Both the position numbers and the translations under genes were made by a program. Below are positions 58,372 through 64,000 of a DNA stretch of 64,000 nucleotides, piece by piece (position 1 is the stretch's first letter; each line of letters opens with the position of its first letter). The notes under the pieces are model-generated. The model saw only the letters and a program-made list of their open reading frames with translations, searched no databases and had not been told where the DNA came from. Source of the stretch: Microgenomates group bacterium. GTDB taxonomy: Bacteria > Patescibacteriota > Microgenomatia > UBA10105 > UBA927. The stretch is taken from assembly GCA_049287205.1 (NCBI GenBank), contig JBAQFJ010000001.1:191041-255040 (forward strand). Reading direction: 5' to 3'.

Positions 58372-58953
58372 ATGGATATAAACAAACTTGGTAAAATTCC
58401 GCAATCAATCTACGCGCGTATCGCTTCCTTGGGAAAGATAGAACACGTTCCACTTGTTATTTCCCCTCAAGTAACAGATCAAGCGTTAAAAGAAGAAGGA
58501 AAAAATGAGCAGAAGATAAATATAGCGACCAAAAAAGAAGAGGATAAACAATTAGTGAATGATCTTATAAAAAAATCGAACAGATGTATTATCAGTATTT
58601 CTACTCACTTCCCGTGGACATTGCTTCCTAACACAATTCAGGTTGAGGAAAGTCGTGTTACATTTATTTTTCGTCAACTATTAGGATCGCAGTCGCACAG
58701 TGTTGATATAAAAGATATATCGAATGTATTTATCGAATCTTCCCCATTTTTTGCAACCTTGCAGATCGTTTCTCGGACATATATACAAAACGATATTATG
58801 ATCGGACATCTGAATGTGAAGAGAGCACATCATGTCCAAGCGGTGATTGAAGGATTGCGGACATTTGCTGAGCATAACATAGATACCTCTAACTACGAAG
58901 TGAAAGAACTTATAGCAAAAATTGAAGAGTTTCAAAAAAATAAAAAAATCTAA
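58372..58953 (+). CDS. Hypothetical protein (193 aa)
   Basis: AT-rich ORF with plausible codon usage. No family was recognised. Confidence 0.5.
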   Translation: MDINKLGKIPQSIYARIASLGKIEHVPLVISPQVTDQALKEEGKNEQKINIATKKEEDKQLVNDLIKKSNRCIISISTHFPWTLLPNTIQVEESRVTFIFRQLLGSQSHSVDIKDISNVFIESSPFFATLQIVSRTYIQNDIMIGHLNVKRAHHVQAVIEGLRTFAEHNIDTSNYEVKELIAKIEEFQKNKKI

Positions 58954-58968
58954 GGAGGTGAAACGAAT

Positions 58969-59205
58969 ATGACGGATGTACATAAAAAAATAAATGATAA
59001 AAATAAACATGGAATGAATCCAGTTGTTGCCGGTATTGCAGGAGCTGTTGCTGGTGGTGTCGCCGTGGCGGCTGCAGTTGCACTTTCGAGTGAAAAAAAT
59101 CGGGAAAAAATCAAAGATGCGTTTGAGGACGCAAAAGAAAAAGTGACAGAAAAAGTGGAAGATGTTGTGAGTGACATAAAAGAGAAAATAGAAGAGAAGA
59201 AGTAA
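58969..59205 (+). CDS. Small Gly/Ala-rich TM protein with a charged C-terminal helix
   Basis: Strong SD aaggaggtg. PVVAGIAGAVAGGVAVAAAVAL is followed by a KE-rich tail. Confidence 0.6.
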   Translation: MTDVHKKINDKNKHGMNPVVAGIAGAVAGGVAVAAAVALSSEKNREKIKDAFEDAKEKVTEKVEDVVSDIKEKIEEKK

Positions 59206-59234
59206 TGTGAATTTTTTTTGAAAGGAGGTTCTAT

Positions 59235-59378
59235 ATGAATTTTTCAACAACGAATCTGAGTCCGTTCGCCTCGCTTGTGTTTGGTGTGCTGATTTTGATT
59301 TTTCCAAAATTTCTTAATTATCTTATTGCCGGCTATCTTATTTTTGTCGGAGTTATCGGATTAGGATTAATTGGGTAG
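59235..59378 (+). CDS. Small membrane protein (DUF3096-like, 47 aa)
   Basis: SD aaaggagg. MNFSTTNLSPFASLVFGVLILIFPKFLNYLIAGYLIFVGVIGLGLIG. Not in the ORF track because it is shorter than 60 aa. Confidence 0.5.
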   Translation: MNFSTTNLSPFASLVFGVLILIFPKFLNYLIAGYLIFVGVIGLGLIG

Positions 59379-59407
59379 TCTGACCCTCGCAAAAATGTAG
59401 CGTATAC

Positions 59408-59441
59408 TTGACATAATGTAAAAAATATATTACATTTGTCA
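59408..59441 (+). promoter_or_regulatory. Promoter TTGACA with an overlapping imperfect ~12-bp inverted repeat (TGACATAATGTAA...TTACATTTGTCA)
   Basis: Seen directly. It lies immediately upstream of the apparently leaderless DUF2178-XRE operon. Confidence 0.5.
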
Positions 59442-59444
59442 TAT

Positions 59445-59843
59445 ATGAACTTAAAAAAATATAAGCAACTTCGGGCAGCTATCGCGTTTTTTGTGGCAAT
59501 GATTGTTTCGTTTGCGGTGACCAGTAATAATTATCTCCTTGCGTTTTTTGGTGTTGTTACAGGCATGATGTTTTTGACGCTTGTTCGTACGAAGGTCAAG
59601 ATAACGGTTGATGAGCGGGAAGTTTCAATACGGGAAAAAGCAGCGCAGACGACTTACGCGATTTTTGCTCCAACCATCGGATTTGGATCATTGTTCCTCA
59701 TTCTGTTTGCTCGGGGGGAATATATATTTCTGCAGTCTCTCGGCATGATTCTGACCTACCTAACATTATTTCTCATTGCCCTATATTCCATTTCCTATTT
59801 TGTATTAAACAGAAAGATGGGAGGCGGTGGCAATGAAGAATAA
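59445..59843 (+). CDS. DUF2178-like membrane protein
   Basis: 4 TM helices. It forms a conserved pair with the downstream HTH regulator. The start is at ATG 59445. Confidence 0.6.
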   Translation: MNLKKYKQLRAAIAFFVAMIVSFAVTSNNYLLAFFGVVTGMMFLTLVRTKVKITVDEREVSIREKAAQTTYAIFAPTIGFGSLFLILFARGEYIFLQSLGMILTYLTLFLIALYSISYFVLNRKMGGGGNEE

Positions 59844-60042
59844 GATTAAAGTGTACCGTGCTATAAAAGGATTGACGCAGGAAGAGCTCGCTGAAAAAAT
59901 CGGGGTCACCAGACAAACTGTGAATGCTATTGAGAGTGATAAATATCTGCCATCACTTGGGCTTGCGTTTAAGATCGCCCGTTTATTCCACACAACCGTT
60001 GAAGATGTATTTATATATGATGATAAGGAGGGAACTGTATGA
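59833..60042 (+). CDS. XRE-family helix-turn-helix transcriptional regulator
   Basis: IKVYRAIKGLTQEELAEKIGVTRQTVNAIESDKYLPSLGLAFKIARLF is a canonical HTH_XRE. Confidence 0.85.
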   Translation: MKNKIKVYRAIKGLTQEELAEKIGVTRQTVNAIESDKYLPSLGLAFKIARLFHTTVEDVFIYDDKEGTV

Positions 60043-60437
60043 GAAAGATAATACAAGCTGTATTACATCTTGGAGCTATTGGTGTGAGCGTGTTTCTGTT
60101 GTTTTTTGTCATTTGTTGTGTATGGATCGGGTATGATGTGAAACAGCAATGTCAAACAGCGAGTCGTACCTATGGGGGCGATTGTGTTACCGCACTAAGT
60201 ACACTGCTCTCTGATGAGCATCGAGGATTTCGTGAACGAAATAACGCCATTTGGGCTTTGGGGCAACTTGGGGACAGTCGTGCATATCCGTTGCTTTCCA
60301 ACATGTATACTGGAAATATTCCTGACCGTGAACCGCTCGACACGATGATTAGCCAGTACGAGCTGAAGAAAGCGGTTGCGCTGACGAACGGTGGATTCAA
60401 TATGACAGCCGTATTCTGGCGGTACGGCATACAATAA
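60039..60437 (+). CDS. Membrane-anchored HEAT/PBS-lyase-repeat-like protein
   Basis: N-terminal TM helix. AIWALGQLGDSRAYPLL is a HEAT-like repeat. Confidence 0.5.
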   Translation: MRKIIQAVLHLGAIGVSVFLLFFVICCVWIGYDVKQQCQTASRTYGGDCVTALSTLLSDEHRGFRERNNAIWALGQLGDSRAYPLLSNMYTGNIPDREPLDTMISQYELKKAVALTNGGFNMTAVFWRYGIQ

Positions 60438-60471
60438 TCTTCTGGAGGGGTTTTTACTTTCTTGTGTTATT

Positions 60472-61593
60472 ATGAGTGGAATGCATAGGAAAAAAATTTT
60501 TCGTGTGGTTTTTTGGACGTGTTTTGTGCTGCTTCTTGATTGTTGCATTGGTCATTTTTATTTACAAAAAACGCATCGTCAATATTATACGGATTTGATG
60601 CAAAAAGAACGCGGCAATTCCAACCGTGTTTCTGATAGTATGTATCACCATGGTCTCGTTCCTAATACAGAAGTTCTGTATAGTTGGAACAACAGTGATC
60701 CGTATCCTTTATATGTCAATTCTCTTGGTTTATTGGATAAAGAGATTCGTTTTATCCCGAAAACAACAGAGAAACACAGAATTCTTTTCTTGGGTGATTC
60801 TTTTACGGAGGGATTAGGGTATCCATATAAAAAAACGTTTGTCGGACGGATCGCTCAGGCGTTAGGCGATGAGAACTACGATGTGTTAAATGGTGGACTG
60901 ATGACGTATTCTCCGAAGCTGTATCTGGAAAAAACAAAATACATCGTCGCATCTCAAGAGATTCAGGTAGATGAAGTTGTCATATTGCTTGATCTATCAG
61001 ATATTCATAATGAAGCCTACAAATATAGAAATTTTCAGCCTGTTGAGAATTCGAATATTGCAGGTGCAACACAGACGATTATTCGTCATGCATTGTGGGA
61101 CAAGCTGAAAGGGGCGAGTATTGATAATTCATTGTTGGTCAATTCGCTCTACACGATTACGGTACGGAAAAAGGAAAAAGAACGGATGCTTGCCAGTTTA
61201 TATCCGTATCAAACAGATTATCAGGCGTGGACATATAACAATAAACAATTTGCTGCATATGGAAACATCGGACTGTCCTTGTGCAAGACATATCTTGCGG
61301 AATTAGTTGCCTTTTTACGAAATCATGCAATCACCAACATAACATTAGTCGTGTATCCGTGGCCGCAACAGATTACCTATGATACGGTTGATTGCATACA
61401 GGCGACATATTGGCAGACATTCGCCACTGAACAAAATATTTCCTTTGTCAATTTGTTTCCGCAGTTTTTTTCCTTCCAGCAAAAGGAAAATCTGTATAAC
61501 AGTGATAATCATTTTAACGAACGAGGGCATCAGGTCGTTGCCGATGTTCTCATGAAAACCATTGGCGCAACTACGGAAGCAACAATTAAGTAA
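60472..61593 (+). CDS. Membrane-anchored SGNH/GDSL hydrolase, paralog 5
   Basis: LFLGDSFTEG and SDNHFNERGH (DxxH) are present. There is an N-terminal TM helix. Confidence 0.75.
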   Translation: MSGMHRKKIFRVVFWTCFVLLLDCCIGHFYLQKTHRQYYTDLMQKERGNSNRVSDSMYHHGLVPNTEVLYSWNNSDPYPLYVNSLGLLDKEIRFIPKTTEKHRILFLGDSFTEGLGYPYKKTFVGRIAQALGDENYDVLNGGLMTYSPKLYLEKTKYIVASQEIQVDEVVILLDLSDIHNEAYKYRNFQPVENSNIAGATQTIIRHALWDKLKGASIDNSLLVNSLYTITVRKKEKERMLASLYPYQTDYQAWTYNNKQFAAYGNIGLSLCKTYLAELVAFLRNHAITNITLVVYPWPQQITYDTVDCIQATYWQTFATEQNISFVNLFPQFFSFQQKENLYNSDNHFNERGHQVVADVLMKTIGATTEATIK

Positions 61594-61602
61594 TCTATTT
61601 TC

Positions 61603-63069
61603 ATGGCACTACGCAGATTACATATACAAAACATTGATCTACTTATCGCTGTTGTACTTTTTGCACTTTCTTTTTGTATTAAACTGCCGCTTGTGAAAGA
61701 GAACGCGTTGGGATTTTTTGCCGATGAAGTTCGGTATAGCATGTATTTAACTGATGAGTTTAATACAGCTATGATAAAAGAGGATTTCCACATCTTTTGG
61801 CAGTCTATTTTTGACATACATGCCCGTCCTGCATATGGCGTTCTATATACGCCGTCTTTATATCTTACTAATATTACAAAGAATGATTTGTTCGGCCCTG
61901 TATATAATCTTGTATTAAATTCCTTATGTATCGTGTTGTTATTTTTTATCGTGAAAAAAATATTCTCCTATAAAACAGCGTTCATCAGTACCGGTGTTTT
62001 TTTGTTTTCCATGACCTCTTTATCCTATGTACGACATATGTTTCCGTATGACGGAGCACTGCTGTTTTTTCTGTTTGGCTTATGCGTCTATGTTTATTCG
62101 AATTCTGTTTTCTTTTTTGGGGTGCTTATGGGCATATCATTTGCCGTGTATCCGGGGAATTATTTTTATATTTTGCCGATTCCGTTTCTTATGCTTTTTT
62201 GGCCGTTGGAGAGTCAATGGAAAACGCGACTTTGGCGATCAACAAAATTTTTGATTGGGTTTTTGTTCGTGGTATCTGTTTTTGAATATGTTTCCATATC
62301 CCTTGGGAATCCCATGTCGTATATACAGACAGCAATGCAGTTATCGCACACGGTAACACAAGGTGACTTTGTACCCGCTGTCAAATTTATTGTTCAATAT
62401 ATATATGCAAACGACGGCTTTGTCGGCATAATGGTTTTTGTGACGGGTATACTTGCGCTTCGGCATATGTATCTGCTTCGCCGAAAAAATCGTTACTATA
62501 CCATTATATTTTTTTACATTGTGTGTATGTATTTCATCATGGAGCTTATGTCGTTTGGCACACATAGCATGGTGCTGTATGGAAGGACAGTTCGGATATT
62601 GTATATGTTTATGATGCTTTCGAGTGCTGTGTGGTTGTCCGTAAAAATAAAACACGTTGTTTTTATCGAGATATTGGCGCTGTGCATAATCATTTCTTGG
62701 ATCCCGCGATATAATTCGTATGTTGCTGTTGTGTATCCGAAAGACGTTCTTTATTACGCCTCATTGCTGACTAGTTCTCTTGCTCCCTTGCATGTTGTTT
62801 CTGCCTATAAGCGGGAAGCGGGTGAGGCAGGTACAGTTGATTTAGGAAGCGCGAACCAGTTCTACATAACGAATGTTGAGTTTCTCTATCCTTATTACGG
62901 AACGAAAGCCATTACCTGTGGAAACAAAATTGTTTTGCTTCATACGTTGTATCCGTTAGCTACGTACAAACCGTATTTATTTGAAGGTTTTTCAGAAATA
63001 GAGCGCGGTAATTTTTATCGCGATCCACCGTATTATCAGCTTATTCACTGTCAAGACGAATCATCTTAG
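61603..63069 (+). CDS. GT-C-fold glycosyltransferase (ArnT/PMT-like)
   Basis: FADEVRY matches the DE-x-RY first-loop motif of the ArnT/PMT family. More than 10 TM helices. Confidence 0.8.
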   Translation: MALRRLHIQNIDLLIAVVLFALSFCIKLPLVKENALGFFADEVRYSMYLTDEFNTAMIKEDFHIFWQSIFDIHARPAYGVLYTPSLYLTNITKNDLFGPVYNLVLNSLCIVLLFFIVKKIFSYKTAFISTGVFLFSMTSLSYVRHMFPYDGALLFFLFGLCVYVYSNSVFFFGVLMGISFAVYPGNYFYILPIPFLMLFWPLESQWKTRLWRSTKFLIGFLFVVSVFEYVSISLGNPMSYIQTAMQLSHTVTQGDFVPAVKFIVQYIYANDGFVGIMVFVTGILALRHMYLLRRKNRYYTIIFFYIVCMYFIMELMSFGTHSMVLYGRTVRILYMFMMLSSAVWLSVKIKHVVFIEILALCIIISWIPRYNSYVAVVYPKDVLYYASLLTSSLAPLHVVSAYKREAGEAGTVDLGSANQFYITNVEFLYPYYGTKAITCGNKIVLLHTLYPLATYKPYLFEGFSEIERGNFYRDPPYYQLIHCQDESS

Positions 63070-63119
63070 TATTTGTTCTTCATTGCTAATTTTTTTATTC
63101 TTTGATACAACAAAGACAT

Positions 63120-64000
63120 ATGAAAACGTATATACGACTTCGTGATGGTAACACTATTCCGGTGTTAGGACTTGGAACTTGGAAATCTGACAAAACAGTT
63201 GTTGGTGATGCAGTTCGATGTGCACTAACGAAAGCAGGGTATACCCATATTGATTGCGCAAGTATTTATCGAAATGAGAAAGAAATTGGTGATGTGTTTG
63301 GTGAGGTTTTTGGATCCTCTATAAAACGGGACAGTATTTTTATCACCAGTAAATTGTGGAATACAGAGCATCGTGCAGAGGATGTGGAAAAGGCATGTAA
63401 GAAAACGTTGTCAGATTTGCGTCTCGAATATCTTGATTTATATCTGATGCATTGGGGTATTGCATTTCCGCATGGAGAAAATTTAGAACCGGTTGATACC
63501 GAAGGGTATGCAGTGACAGATACTGTATCTATTCGAGAAACATGGGAAGCAATGGAAGGACTTGTAAAAAAAGGATTGGTCAAATCTATTGGTGTAGCAA
63601 ATTTTACGACGATGATGCTTGTCGATTTGTTGGCGTATGCACATATACTCCCTGTGATGAATCAAGTGGAGCTTCATCCATATAACACGCAAGATTCATT
63701 ACTTGCGTTTTGTCAACATCATGCTATTGCAGTGACTGCATATTCACCACTTGGTCGGCAAGGGGCTGATAGGCAAGGTGCACGGGTATTTGACGAGCCC
63801 GTCGTGAAAAACCTTGCAGAAAAATATCATAAGACACCGGCACAAATTCTTTTGCGGTGGGGAATACAACGGGGAACGATAGTGATTCCAAAAAGTGTTA
63901 CACCGGATCGAATTATAGAAAATAGTCAGGTGTTTGATTTTGAAATGACTGAAGAAGACAGCAAGGAAATACGTGTACTCGATAACAATTATCGATTTGT
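63120..64000 (+). CDS. Aldo/keto reductase (3' partial, runs off the window)
   Basis: LGLGTWKS, IDCASIY (Tyr), LWNTEH, IGVANF and IPKS (AKR signature blocks) are present. Confidence 0.85.
   Translation, partial: MKTYIRLRDGNTIPVLGLGTWKSDKTVVGDAVRCALTKAGYTHIDCASIYRNEKEIGDVFGEVFGSSIKRDSIFITSKLWNTEHRAEDVEKACKKTLSDLRLEYLDLYLMHWGIAFPHGENLEPVDTEGYAVTDTVSIRETWEAMEGLVKKGLVKSIGVANFTTMMLVDLLAYAHILPVMNQVELHPYNTQDSLLAFCQHHAIAVTAYSPLGRQGADRQGARVFDEPVVKNLAEKYHKTPAQILLRWGIQRGTIVIPKSVTPDRIIENSQVFDFEMTEEDSKEIRVLDNNYRF

Noticed and set aside
58059-58453. Minus-strand ORFs 58059..58262 and 58262..58453 opposite the RHH gene
   Set aside because: The plus-strand RHH protein has a canonical fold signature and a promoter with operator. 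The antisense ORFs lack features.
63266-63692. Minus-strand ORFs 63266..63583 and 63483..63692
   Set aside because: They lie antisense to the aldo/keto reductase gene, which has strong AKR signature blocks.

Overview
The window reads as a low-GC, compact bacterial chromosome segment from a Candidate-Phyla-Radiation (Patescibacteria)-like organism. Three observations support that lineage call. The 16S gene stands alone with its own terminator and no 23S/5S downstream. It carries mismatches in the universal 341F and 515F primer sites. The genome encodes an ADP-forming acetyl-CoA synthetase.

Layout from left to right:
- 1-1406: the 3' end of topA (zinc-ribbon repeats), followed by a ~1.1 kb insert bracketed by a 37-bp imperfect direct repeat that duplicates the topA 3' end. 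The insert carries one AT-rich gene for a PIN-domain protein with a collagen-like GxT repeat and a C-terminal zinc ribbon.
- 1.6-19.7 kb and again 60.4-63.1 kb: a large cell-envelope glycan locus. It holds a B12-radical SAM enzyme, five paralogous membrane-anchored SGNH/GDSL hydrolases, four GT-C (ArnT/PMT-like) polytopic glycosyltransferases, a GT2 polyprenyl-phosphate glycosyltransferase, a NodU/CmcH carbamoyltransferase and a radical SAM/SPASM enzyme. The lone 16S gene (13567-15056) sits in the middle of this locus with its own promoter/leader (boxA-like element) and terminator.
- 19.8-21.1 kb: tRNA-Cys and an MFS transporter.
- 21.1-22.0 kb: an ~0.9 kb non-coding stretch, unusual for so compact a genome, ending in a tRNA-Ile-like gene.
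- 22.0-24.3 kb: dcd and glmS.
- 25-29 kb: a tandem nucleotide-salvage kinase cluster (deoxynucleoside kinase, HAD hydrolase, TMK-like paralog, tmk, tdk, an unknown His-rich P-loop protein).
- 29-64 kb: a GGDEF protein, then rpsB-tsf-frr-rseP (no pyrH), a putative proline T-box leader in front of a CsaA-like tRNA-binding protein and proS, and further housekeeping genes.
- The housekeeping genes beyond proS are rpsU-yqeY-ybeY, dnaX-ybaB, an adenosine/SAH salvage set (PfkB kinase, ahcY, HAD, prs), recR, a sufT-like gene, cysS, lower glycolysis (pyk, ADP-forming acetyl-CoA synthetase, gpmI, eno), cmk, small membrane/stress proteins, an RHH protein, a DUF2178+XRE pair, and a partial aldo/keto reductase.

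No CRISPR array, transposase or integrase was seen. All protein family assignments come from reading motifs by eye, not from database searches.
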